Shown piece after piece: positions 37,688-47,099 of a stretch of DNA of 64,000 nucleotides. The DNA lies in assembly GCA_964384105.1 (NCBI GenBank), contig CAYLJV010000002.1, positions 128,001 through 192,000 of the forward strand, in the 5' to 3' direction. How positions within the stretch are numbered: the first letter of the stretch is position 1; every line of letters starts with the position of its first letter. Position numbers and translations under genes: made by a program. The notes under the pieces were generated by a model. It was not told the DNA's origin, ran no database searches, and saw only the letters and a program-made list of their open reading frames with translations. Source of the stretch: Candidatus Hadarchaeota archaeon (lineage in GTDB: Archaea > Hadarchaeota > Hadarchaeia > Hadarchaeales > JAGGTB01).

Positions 37688-39732
37688 TGTTTAATTCTAA
37701 AAAGAAGACCATATCTGTTTTATTGGTTATCGGATTAGTGGCATTTGTCCTTTTCCAAACTAACCTTTATTCCTCAGCTCAATCAATCGATGATAGTTCA
37801 GACAATGGAACATATATCATCTCGCTAGATAAGGAAGCCCTGGATTGGATAAGAATCGATGACACGAGCGCTATAAATCTTATTAATCAATTGCTTGAAG
37901 AAGAAGTTCCTGTATCATGGGCTTTAGAAGACTTTAAGGTGGGTGGTACAAACTATCCTGCAGGAACGTTCTACATCGAAACACCGTTTACAACCCGGAA
38001 AGGTATTAAAAGTAATGAAGTTATGTCATGGCTTTCCTGGAAAGGAAAGACAAACAGGGTCTTTCGCATAGAAAAGACAACTGAAGAGATAAACGTAGAA
38101 TCCAAAGAACTGGTTCTTCCTAGAATTGCTTTATTCTACGATCGTACAACCTATTCAAATGCACTGGCATGCTACAATAGACTAAGAGAATTCGGATTCA
38201 AAGTATTTTTCGTAAATGCAGTTGATTTACTCGCTGATCCATGGAATAAACCTGGTACAGCTCTTGATAATGCGAATGTATTCTTTATGCCCGGAGGAGC
38301 ATTGCATTTTTGGTCATTCCCTACTGAAAATCAACGGGAAAATGGAATAAAAAACATTCAACAGTTTGTTGATTCTGGAGGGGGATACGTCGGAGTTTGT
38401 GCGGGTGCAACTGAAACACTTAAAGGCAGTCCCTATCCTTATCTGAATCTTGTCGACGCCTCTTACCATCCCGAATGGTTTGCAAACGATCGGGATTGGA
38501 GACAGCTTATCGGTCCCATAGAGATCGGAGTTACAAAAGAGGATCATCCAGTCATGTTTGGATACGGTTCTGATGCAGTGAGGCCAGGATATGGCCCAGA
38601 AACACCAATTTATTATTACGGCGGACCCGCCATGCATAGCCTTGGAGAAGAAACAGAGAAACTTGCTGAATTCAGTAATCCTATAACACAAGTAACTCCT
38701 GATTTAGTTAAGAACATCTGGGGAAATGCAGCAATTGTTGCGCAAGATTACGGGGAGGGTAAAACAGTTTTAATCAGTCCACATCCAGAATGGCCTGGAC
38801 CTGCTGGAAGGATATTCGCACAAGCATTATACTATAATTCTTCTAAAGAAAAACCTTCTTGGCAAGATGCAAACCTTTCTACAGATTTACCTGATGAAAT
38901 TTCTTCCGAAAGGGTGGCTAACATTACAAAGAGTGTCGATGAAATCAAACCTTATCTCGAAGACACAGCAAGAGTAGCATCGGAAATAGTTAACTTAAGA
39001 GCGGGAGATCATTACCATCCACTGGGATTATGGTATGACGAGCCTCTGCGAATGCATGCCAATGATATATACGACAAGCTGAAGTTTATGGAACGCTCTG
39101 CGTTAAAGTTTGAGTACGAATACTACAAACTAAATCTAATAAAGCAGAGGGTAAAAGATGATCCAAGACTGCTCGAAACCGTAGAATACAGCCAAGCCAT
39201 GATTGATAAGTTTTTCACTTTAGCCGAAAAACTCTCTTCTGAACCACATTTCATATATGAAGATCATTGGACCGGAGCCGGCCCCTTTGAGCCATTCGGA
39301 GAATATGAGCCTTCTTCCTTCACTGACTTCCCCGCCGTATTCAAGTACATCGATGAAGAAGTCAACGAAATAGTTTTGCCATTTGTTGAAAATTACGCTG
39401 TGCTATTCAACGATTACAAAGAATTACAACGGGAATATGAAATTGATCCCTCGCCCGAGTTAAAGCTAGAGTTGGAAAATATGGAAAATATGATTGCTGC
39501 ATCTTGGCCCGCAGGCCCCCTGTACAAAGGAATGTACACTCTAAGGCACACACTAGATATTATGCAATACAAAGTTAATTACCATCTGTTGAAGCTTGTT
39601 TCGCACGCAGATAGAGTCGAAGAAGTACTCTCATTGAACAACTATATTTTGGCAGACTCCCTAGGGCAATTTAGCAACACATATATTACACTGCGTTCTC
39701 TTTTTGCTCATCCCGGAGGGTTCTTAAAGTGA
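37687..39732 (+). CDS. Exported protein with class-I glutamine-amidotransferase-like (BPL_N-type) domain
   Basis: Signal peptide MFNSKKK+hydrophobic; FMPGG, YVGVCAG, YYGGP, SPHPE; helical C-terminal half. Confidence 0.78.
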   Translation: MFNSKKKTISVLLVIGLVAFVLFQTNLYSSAQSIDDSSDNGTYIISLDKEALDWIRIDDTSAINLINQLLEEEVPVSWALEDFKVGGTNYPAGTFYIETPFTTRKGIKSNEVMSWLSWKGKTNRVFRIEKTTEEINVESKELVLPRIALFYDRTTYSNALACYNRLREFGFKVFFVNAVDLLADPWNKPGTALDNANVFFMPGGALHFWSFPTENQRENGIKNIQQFVDSGGGYVGVCAGATETLKGSPYPYLNLVDASYHPEWFANDRDWRQLIGPIEIGVTKEDHPVMFGYGSDAVRPGYGPETPIYYYGGPAMHSLGEETEKLAEFSNPITQVTPDLVKNIWGNAAIVAQDYGEGKTVLISPHPEWPGPAGRIFAQALYYNSSKEKPSWQDANLSTDLPDEISSERVANITKSVDEIKPYLEDTARVASEIVNLRAGDHYHPLGLWYDEPLRMHANDIYDKLKFMERSALKFEYEYYKLNLIKQRVKDDPRLLETVEYSQAMIDKFFTLAEKLSSEPHFIYEDHWTGAGPFEPFGEYEPSSFTDFPAVFKYIDEEVNEIVLPFVENYAVLFNDYKELQREYEIDPSPELKLELENMENMIAASWPAGPLYKGMYTLRHTLDIMQYKVNYHLLKLVSHADRVEEVLSLNNYILADSLGQFSNTYITLRSLFAHPGGFLK

Positions 39733-40127
39733 TGGAAAATAAAAAAGTTAGTGGAGAAAGTGACCGACAGACAAATAAAAGAAATTTGTTCCAAAGAGGG
39801 ATAATCACAATAGTGATCGGATTTGTTTTCTCTATAATACTTGCACTGTTTTTCGGGGGGTATAGCTTTTGGTTATTTCCAGGTTTGCTGGTAATATCTC
39901 TTGGAGTAGCTGATGTTCTAAACAAGGTTTATTTCATTGCCAAAGGCAAGAAGTCTAAAGATCTTTGGATAGGAATGACGGTTTTCTTTATCGGCTTCTC
40001 AGGCTATCTGAGCGTCATGACACATGTTATGTTGGCTTTAATACAAACTATAACCATGCTGGTAATGATAATCGGTTTTATAGTAATTGTAAAAGCTCTG
40101 ATTTCCTCATCGAATCACAAAGAGTAA
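39729..40127 (+). CDS. Small 4-TM membrane protein
   Basis: Four hydrophobic segments; overlaps upstream stop. Confidence 0.72.
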   Translation: MMENKKVSGESDRQTNKRNLFQRGIITIVIGFVFSIILALFFGGYSFWLFPGLLVISLGVADVLNKVYFIAKGKKSKDLWIGMTVFFIGFSGYLSVMTHVMLALIQTITMLVMIIGFIVIVKALISSSNHKE

Positions 40128-40309
40128 ATCAATATATTCCTCAGTGAGTTATCTTCTTCGACCAATTCAAATTTTATTTATCTGAGCTCTTGTAGAATAA
40201 GTCCTTTTAAGGATTCGTCTTCCTTTAATTTTATAGGCTCCCCTAATTCCCAAATTAACTGTATAAATAAACTTATCTCTAAAAAGAGAACCATTTAAAG
40301 GGAAATTAG

Positions 40310-41845
40310 TTATTCACTGGAAGCTCCTTTCCATACATCGTCCTTTAGCTTTCTACCAGTTTTCTCCTCCCACTCTTCAATCGACAAAGAATGCTTTTTT
40401 CTTATTTTTTCGCCGATACCCAACCCATTATACGCACAGAACGGAACTATCCCCTCTGGAGTAGTATAATGAATAACACAACTTTTCAGTCGGTCTATAC
40501 TCAAATTCCAAGGATCTTGAAACCACATCGATCCTATAAAAAGGCTATTCAGATGAAGTTTCCCTAAAGAATCGTAATCTCCACGAACAAAAGCATTTAC
40601 CAGCAACTCTCTAGCGTTAAACCCTTCCGGGGCCTTATCAAAGTCTATATAATCAGTGATATTTTTCATCAAAGAAGTAGCTATTCTCGCCTTCTTAAGC
40701 ATACCAGTTTTCTCCGACTGCTCTTTAATGAATTTCACAAGACCTTCGACGTCAATAAATCGCGTTATCGGTATAAGTTCTCCATCGTCAACAAAGAGAT
40801 AAGTAGCTCCGCCACAACCAGGACTAGCAGTAAATTCGATTTGAGGTTCATCCTTTAGATTCTCGACTAGTTTAGACACGGGATAGACAAAAGGAACAGG
40901 GTAGAAATCGTCTTTCTTTATCTCACCATCGAGTTGCTCCTCAAGAGCCTCCAGCATCATTGCGTAGTCAACCCGTTGATTTTCTCTGTTTTCATCGTCT
41001 ATATTTTCCAAACGGCCACAGAAAGATACCGGTTGGAAATTAACCCCTCTTATAATATCCACGTTCTCAGCAGCGAATCTGATTATATCCCCCAATTCTT
41101 GAAGATTAAAACCATTAATGGGTACTGGGACCAAAACAACACCTAAATCTGCCTTTCTTAAGTTTTCTACCGCTTTTTTGTTCTGTTCTATCCACGGATT
41201 AGTTTCCTTGGAAATGCCATCAAAACTCATATAGACCGTATTTACGCCTGCTTCTCTAAGAGTTTTACAATATTCTGGATCTTCTGAGAGTTTTATTCCA
41301 TTGGTGTTTAGCTGGATATGTGTGAATCCGATCTCCTTTGCGAATTTAACGATCTCTATAAGATCGTCCCTTATCGTTGGTTCCCCGCCTGTAATCTGAA
41401 TTGCCGTGTTAGGTACGGGTTTCTCATTTCTAACCCGTCTCATCATATCCTTTAATTCCTCCAGAGAAGGCTCATAGATGTATCCGGAAGCTCCAGCATT
41501 CATAAAACAATAACCGCATCTAAGATTACAACGATTTGTAACCAACAAGTTTGACAAAACCGTTTGGGAACGGTGCTTAGGGTAAAGTTTCGGAAATTCT
41601 TCTGACCAACCCCCCTCAATCTCCTCGTTTTCTACACCTTCCCCCTTCACCTCATACTCCATCCACCTGTAGTATAGGTCAGGATCACCAAAATAGATAG
41701 ACCGGTAATCTCCATGTTCGTCGCAACTCTTTTTCAACCATATTTTACCATCTTCCTCCACAACCTGGGCGTCGATTTTGTTAATCTTGCCCTCTTTCAT
41801 ACACCCAGGACACACGGATTCTGTTTTTTCAAGAACTTTAGTCAT
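40310..41845 (-). CDS. tes: Radical SAM tetraether lipid synthase (Tes/MJ0619 family)
   Basis: N-terminal SVCPGC...KSCDEHG, CNLRCGYC, GGEPT, NFQPVSF, CVIHY...IVPFCAYN; 511 aa. Confidence 0.87.
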   Translation of the reverse strand: MTKVLEKTESVCPGCMKEGKINKIDAQVVEEDGKIWLKKSCDEHGDYRSIYFGDPDLYYRWMEYEVKGEGVENEEIEGGWSEEFPKLYPKHRSQTVLSNLLVTNRCNLRCGYCFMNAGASGYIYEPSLEELKDMMRRVRNEKPVPNTAIQITGGEPTIRDDLIEIVKFAKEIGFTHIQLNTNGIKLSEDPEYCKTLREAGVNTVYMSFDGISKETNPWIEQNKKAVENLRKADLGVVLVPVPINGFNLQELGDIIRFAAENVDIIRGVNFQPVSFCGRLENIDDENRENQRVDYAMMLEALEEQLDGEIKKDDFYPVPFVYPVSKLVENLKDEPQIEFTASPGCGGATYLFVDDGELIPITRFIDVEGLVKFIKEQSEKTGMLKKARIATSLMKNITDYIDFDKAPEGFNARELLVNAFVRGDYDSLGKLHLNSLFIGSMWFQDPWNLSIDRLKSCVIHYTTPEGIVPFCAYNGLGIGEKIRKKHSLSIEEWEEKTGRKLKDDVWKGASSE

Positions 41846-41930
41846 AACAACCGTTTACTACTCATCGGGGTAAATATATAAGAATTTTTAAACTACACTC
41901 AATATGAAAGCTCGTTTTAAGGAAAACAAA

Positions 41931-42683
41931 ATGGTTTCCGAAAAAATTGAAAAAACATTGAAAGAATTAGGGCTAACCGAGTATGAAACAAAAGCATATG
42001 TAGGTTTGGTTTCCTCGGGTCCAACTACAGCCGGAGAGCTAAGCAATATTTCTGGAGTTCCCCACTCTCGCATTTACGATGTTCTCTCGAAGCTGGAAAA
42101 AAAAGGTTGGATAGACAGTCAGTCAGGTAGACCATCAAGATACAGGGCGAAACCACCCTCCGAAGTAATGGAACTTGTTAAAATAAAACAGAAAGAGAAA
42201 CTGAAAAAAGCGACAGAAACAATCGAAAAGGAATTGGATCCTCTATATGAAGAAAGCGGAGAGGTTGAGAAGCCTGAAGTCTGGACTATCCGAGGCAGAA
42301 AGGAAATAATTGAAAGAACAAGAATGATGTTTACAAAAGCAGAAGTCGAGGTCCTAATATCAATTCCCAACCTAACTGATGAACTATCCAATCTGAAGGA
42401 ACTTATACCATTAGTAGAAACCAAAAAACTGGACTTTAAACTTCTGACCTCAGAAAAAAACGAACTTTTAAAAAAATTAAACGAGGTCGAAAACGTAGAG
42501 CTGAGATTCAGAAGCCCTCTATTCGGTGGTGGTGTAATTGTAGACGGTAGAGAAGTGCTACTCGTCTTAGGTGGAAACGGAAGAAGCCTTGGGATATGGT
42601 CAGACGAAAGCGGACTGGTAAAATACGCACAAGAGTATTTTAAATACCTATGGAAAGATTCTGAAGAGATTAAAGGAAAATAA
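41931..42683 (+). CDS. TrmB-family transcriptional regulator
   Basis: LGLTEYETKAY, SGVPHSRIYDVL..LEKKG, then effector domain. Confidence 0.92.
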   Translation: MVSEKIEKTLKELGLTEYETKAYVGLVSSGPTTAGELSNISGVPHSRIYDVLSKLEKKGWIDSQSGRPSRYRAKPPSEVMELVKIKQKEKLKKATETIEKELDPLYEESGEVEKPEVWTIRGRKEIIERTRMMFTKAEVEVLISIPNLTDELSNLKELIPLVETKKLDFKLLTSEKNELLKKLNEVENVELRFRSPLFGGGVIVDGREVLLVLGGNGRSLGIWSDESGLVKYAQEYFKYLWKDSEEIKGK

Positions 42684-42729
42684 AGGAAGATTAAGGAAAT
42701 TAAAGACCTCAATAATAACAAAATCAAAC

Positions 42730-43962
42730 TCAAACAGGTTTTTCTAAAATTATACGGTTTCCTTTACTCGCCACATATTTCAGTATCCTCTCGGGGTTTT
42801 CCAAAGACGCGGGGCCAATTACTCCCTTTCCTTTTATCTTCCCCTCAACTAACATTTGTACTACATAAGCAGGAACAGAGGCAGTCACCCAGCTCAAATC
42901 GTTGACCCAGGGGAGAAAATCCTTTATTTCATCTAAAATAGTAACAGTACTCACTCTTCCTTCTATTCTTCTATCATCGCGGGTTCCTGTAACTTTTATC
43001 TTCATTGCAAAATTGGAATCCTTGATAACACCTTCCTCATATTTTTCACGATAGTCTACAGTAGGAACGAAAGATTCACCCCACTTGTCAAAAACGTTCA
43101 TTTTCTCGGAAATCATCGGTTCTTCACAGGTCTGCTTCCTTATTGCTTCGATCCAGACTTCTTTCGAATCCAAATCGCCTATTGATAGACCGGCTTTAAG
43201 GCTTACATGGTTTATATTTTCTCCATCCGGTAAGAACTCTGGAATTGTTCTGAGCTCTGGTAAAGGAGTTGTGACATAAACCTTTCTTTGACCTGTTGGT
43301 TCTGGAAAATCCCAGAGCTCTTCAGACTTCAAAAGATCTAATTTCTTAAAATCACCATCTTCCCAGATTACAGGACCTGGAGGTCCCAACCACATTCCCA
43401 TCAAAAAATTTGGGGCCGACGGAGCTATCAACTCATCCGAATCAATATAAAAATAGAATCCTATCTCCACTTTTTCAATAGCATCAAAGCCTATTTCTTC
43501 ACTCAGATACCTCGTCGCAACGTCAGTAATTCCGGGAGCAGCACCCAAATTAGGAATCCAAGTTAAGTCCTCATCTAAAACTTTATCATTTAAATCAAGC
43601 AAAGCATCCAAAGTCTGTTCATAGGGGGCAAATTCGGGGGAAGGTAAAGACACCAAATCGATATAAGAGGCCCCTATTTCCAGACATGCTTCTGCTATGG
43701 GGATATTGCAATTCGGAAAAGTTGCATTGACAATAATATCAACATCTCTTCCCGCTCGGCTAACCTCTTCAGAACTTCTAGCATCAATTGGGTATTTGGC
43801 CTCTATTTTCGTTTTCGAATCAAGTTTTTCGAGACGTGTATAGAGTTTTTTTGCTCTTTTAGGGTCAATATCCATAACCAATATTTCTTCGACTTCTTCT
43901 AGAGCTAGCAATCCCGAGATCGCAGACCCCTGACCCCCACAGCCTAAAATACCTACGTTCAT
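42730..43962 (-). CDS. Saccharopine dehydrogenase-like NAD(P) oxidoreductase
   Basis: Rossmann GCGGQG, IVNAT, SYIDL, GAAPGIT, KGVIGP; start trimmed to MNVGILG. Confidence 0.82.
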   Translation of the reverse strand: MNVGILGCGGQGSAISGLLALEEVEEILVMDIDPKRAKKLYTRLEKLDSKTKIEAKYPIDARSSEEVSRAGRDVDIIVNATFPNCNIPIAEACLEIGASYIDLVSLPSPEFAPYEQTLDALLDLNDKVLDEDLTWIPNLGAAPGITDVATRYLSEEIGFDAIEKVEIGFYFYIDSDELIAPSAPNFLMGMWLGPPGPVIWEDGDFKKLDLLKSEELWDFPEPTGQRKVYVTTPLPELRTIPEFLPDGENINHVSLKAGLSIGDLDSKEVWIEAIRKQTCEEPMISEKMNVFDKWGESFVPTVDYREKYEEGVIKDSNFAMKIKVTGTRDDRRIEGRVSTVTILDEIKDFLPWVNDLSWVTASVPAYVVQMLVEGKIKGKGVIGPASLENPERILKYVASKGNRIILEKPV

Positions 43963-44129
43963 ACGATCTACCTTTAATTTAACTCGATTTAAACATTTAG
44001 GCATTTTTATGGTTAGAAAAATGATACTCTTAGAAAATTTTATTTGTACCAAAAGAAAGTTTTCTCGAAGTCCAGTGGGATATGATGATTTATCAATTAT
44101 CTTCATAAAATGCCTAAAGGGTATAGTAA

Positions 44130-44633
44130 GTGGTTGAAATATTAGACCTTATCATTCAAAGTATCTGGTTTATTCTCCCCGCATACATCGCCAACGGAAC
44201 ACCCGTTGTATTAGGTGGTGGACCGCCGATAGATGGAGGTAAGAAACTCCCTGATGGAAAAAGAATCTTGGGAGATGGAAAAACTATCCGAGGTCTCGTT
44301 CTAGGAGTTCTAAGCGGTGTTATTTTCGGTGCTATTCAAATCGGGATTGGAAAAAGACCCGATGAATTGATTGTAGTCTTTTTGCTCTCTCTCGGTGCTT
44401 TATTGGGGGACATTGTCGGCAGTTTCTTCAAGCGTAGATTGGGGCTTAAACGAGGAATGGCGGCACCTGGATTGGACCAACTAGAGTTTCTGGCCGGCGC
44501 TCTTTTACTAACATCAATAGTTAAAGTTCCCACATGGGAAATGATAATAGCCCTGATAATACTGACCCCCCTCATCCATCTAGGGACTAACTGGATTGGG
44601 TATAAAATGGGGTATAAATCCGAGCCGTATTAA
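44130..44633 (+). CDS. carS: CDP-archaeol synthase
   Basis: PAYIAN, PIDGG, GDGKT.RG, GDIVGSFFKRR, LDQL. Confidence 0.93.
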   Translation: MVEILDLIIQSIWFILPAYIANGTPVVLGGGPPIDGGKKLPDGKRILGDGKTIRGLVLGVLSGVIFGAIQIGIGKRPDELIVVFLLSLGALLGDIVGSFFKRRLGLKRGMAAPGLDQLEFLAGALLLTSIVKVPTWEMIIALIILTPLIHLGTNWIGYKMGYKSEPY

Positions 44634-45103
44634 CCGGATTTTTTTACTTTTGTTTCCACCGGAGCCTCTTCCCAGGGGAAAACCACCCATCCATCTGTCT
44701 CATAAACGTAATAATCCGGTTTTATCTTCGATGAAGGTTTATAGACCACGGTACAAATCCTCATCTCGCCATCCAATTTGTCACCCAAGTGATCAGTTAC
44801 AACCTTCAAAGTATCACCAGTATCCGCCACATCATCCACTACCAAAATTTTTCCTTTTAAATCCCCGATATCGGACCAGAATATCTCCGGTTCATCTCTG
44901 GTTTCGTTGACATTCTTGTAATATTTCACATGGATTATCCTCATAAGACAATCATTAAGCAAATGAGACAATCGGACAGCAGGTATAAGGCCTCCTCGAG
45001 CTACTCCTATTATTAAATCTGGGTCATAATCCTCTTTTATGGTAATTGCCATTGCTTCGAGAGCCTTTTCAACGTCTTGCCAAGTCATGCATTCAGGATC
45101 CAC
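44630..45103 (-). CDS. Purine phosphoribosyltransferase
   Basis: ARGGLIPA, VVDDVADTGDT, WVVFPWE. Confidence 0.9.
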   Translation of the reverse strand: MDPECMTWQDVEKALEAMAITIKEDYDPDLIIGVARGGLIPAVRLSHLLNDCLMRIIHVKYYKNVNETRDEPEIFWSDIGDLKGKILVVDDVADTGDTLKVVTDHLGDKLDGEMRICTVVYKPSSKIKPDYYVYETDGWVVFPWEEAPVETKVKKSG

Positions 45104-45194
45104 TCAAACGCCACCAAGTGATTAAAGATAAATAGTAGGTTTCTAAAAATTTTTCTAAAGAAATCACCGTATTTTCAGAAAATATTTTTTCTGA

Positions 45195-45644
45195 GTGAAC
45201 AATATGTTGGAACCTGAAGTATTCGAAGAGTTAGAAAAAACCCTAGAAGAGGTAAAAGAGCTATCCAAAAATGGAACTTCCATAATAGTGGAAGGAAAAA
45301 AAGACGAAAAAACATTGAGAAAACTTGGAATAAGTGGCGAAATCTTCAGAATTCCTAATAACGGTAAAACTACCTTAAACTCGCTGGAAGGTCTGCCCAA
45401 ACACGAAGAGTTTCTTATCCTCACAGACTTTGACAGGACAGGCGAAGAATTAGCAAAATATTGTAGAAAACATTTAGAAAAACTTGGAGCAACCGTCCTT
45501 ATAGACATGAGAAGGAAACTAAGGAATTTCATAAGGAAAGCCGTTAAAGACATTGAAGGTCTAGCTAAATTCCTGCAGAGTGAAAGGGCATCTCAAACCA
45601 ACTGTAATCCAAAATTCGATCAATTAGAGAAAAATTTCAAATAA
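45195..45644 (+). CDS. Small stand-alone Toprim-domain protein
   Basis: IIVEGKKD, LTDFDRTG, KDIEGL. Confidence 0.88.
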   Translation: MNNMLEPEVFEELEKTLEEVKELSKNGTSIIVEGKKDEKTLRKLGISGEIFRIPNNGKTTLNSLEGLPKHEEFLILTDFDRTGEELAKYCRKHLEKLGATVLIDMRRKLRNFIRKAVKDIEGLAKFLQSERASQTNCNPKFDQLEKNFK

Positions 45645-45656
45645 ATCGAGATTTTC

Positions 45657-46298
45657 CTAGAATAAGAATCTAAGAATTACAATAACAATGCCTGAAACTA
45701 GTGGAACAATAAAATTGTCTTCTAGCACCCAATTTTTAACCCCCTCCAGCTCAATCCCTTCTATGAACATAGCTATTAAAGAAGCCGAAAACGCAAACAA
45801 AGGTTCAACAAAAAGTGACGCCACTAAACCTCCTAAAATACCACCTGCGATATTACCTTCAATATTCTTTGTCCTGCTACACGGGTGTTTCACTTTTCCG
45901 AATCTCTGACCTATGATAAAGGAAAAGGAATCTCCAATTGCTAATATAGAAATAGAAGCTGCTAAAACTTCGGAGTTAGTAAAAAGAGCTAGAATAAAAG
46001 CACTTAAAGTATAGAAGAAGGCACCCTTTCCGGGAAACCTTTTTCTGTCTTTTGAACGTTCAAAATTCTCCAAAAGCCAATCCAAGCCCTCGATCTCGCG
46101 TCTAGTTGACAAGAAAATAAGAACCAACCCTCCTGACAAAAGTAGAAATAAAAATCTGGATAAAGGAGGAATAAAGAAAATTAGATTAAAGGGAAACAGC
46201 AAACCTAAACCTTCTATTGCTCCCAGATATACCAAGGATACGAAAAACAAACCCACCGCAGTGTGAAAACCTTTTCTTTTTAATTCAAACTTCTCCAA
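45657..46298 (-). CDS. Dolichol/phytol kinase-like membrane protein
   Basis: RKGFH, GDSFS..IG..FG, KNIEG, EDNFIVP. Confidence 0.85.
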   Translation of the reverse strand: MEKFELKRKGFHTAVGLFFVSLVYLGAIEGLGLLFPFNLIFFIPPLSRFLFLLLSGGLVLIFLSTRREIEGLDWLLENFERSKDRKRFPGKGAFFYTLSAFILALFTNSEVLAASISILAIGDSFSFIIGQRFGKVKHPCSRTKNIEGNIAGGILGGLVASLFVEPLFAFSASLIAMFIEGIELEGVKNWVLEDNFIVPLVSGIVIVILRFLF

Positions 46299-46469
46299 TC
46301 TAAAAACCTAACAGTATTATTGATAAGACAACATTGATAGTTCCTATCTTTCTATAAAAGATATTAATCAATTCTTGAAATCAGTGAAAAAATCCAGAAC
46401 AGTATGACTTATGGAAATAAGTAAAGAAAAAACATGAGAATTTTCTTAAAAGATATAAACTGATTTCAC

Positions 46470-46928
46470 TTGGGATATAAATTGAAGGAACTTCTAATAG
46501 CATTACTTCTCTCAGCAGTTCCAAGTTACGAGGCTAGATACGCAATTCCGACTTCATTAGCTCTAACAAACGTAAATCCTGTGCTTCTATTTTCCATATG
46601 TGTGGGAATAAACCTCCTTGTAATTCCTATAGTTTTTCTGGGCTTGGATTTCTTAGCTCCCCCTCTCAGAAAAAGATTCGAATGGGTAGATTCCATATTT
46701 AAATGGTTTCTAAAAAGAGGAAAAAAAAGGAGTTGGGAGTTCTCTGCTCTAGTTCTCTTCGTATCTACTCCAATCCCTGGAACAGGGGCCTACACTGGAG
46801 CACTAATGTCTTATCTATTTGGGCTAAACAGAAAAACTTCAGCGATAGCCATCGGAATAGGGGTATTAATAAGTTCAACTATAACCACACTACTTTCCCT
46901 GGGAATACTCTCTTTAGCCGGACTCTAA
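46470..46928 (+). CDS. COG2426-like small membrane protein (putative small multidrug export)
   Basis: PSYEARYAIP, FVSTPIPGTGAYTG. Confidence 0.85.
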   Translation: MGYKLKELLIALLLSAVPSYEARYAIPTSLALTNVNPVLLFSICVGINLLVIPIVFLGLDFLAPPLRKRFEWVDSIFKWFLKRGKKRSWEFSALVLFVSTPIPGTGAYTGALMSYLFGLNRKTSAIAIGIGVLISSTITTLLSLGILSLAGL

Positions 46929-47099
46929 AATTCCGAATAATAACCATAGAACTTTTATCTATTCTCGTGAAGAATTTATTTGCATCATAACATTCAAGTA
47001 TGAATCACATCTCACGCTCATCTGGATTCTACCGGGTAGCATGAGGCAAGCCTAGGAATAGGTTCACTATCCAAAAAATGAAAGGAGGTAATTATTCGA

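Noticed and set aside
42119-42733. 204-aa antisense ORF
   Set aside because: Shadow of the TrmB gene; S/F/L-rich mirror of E/K codons
43963-44106. N-terminal extension of the 458-aa ORF
   Set aside because: Covers the AT-rich divergent promoter region; the Rossmann motif begins right after ATG 43962
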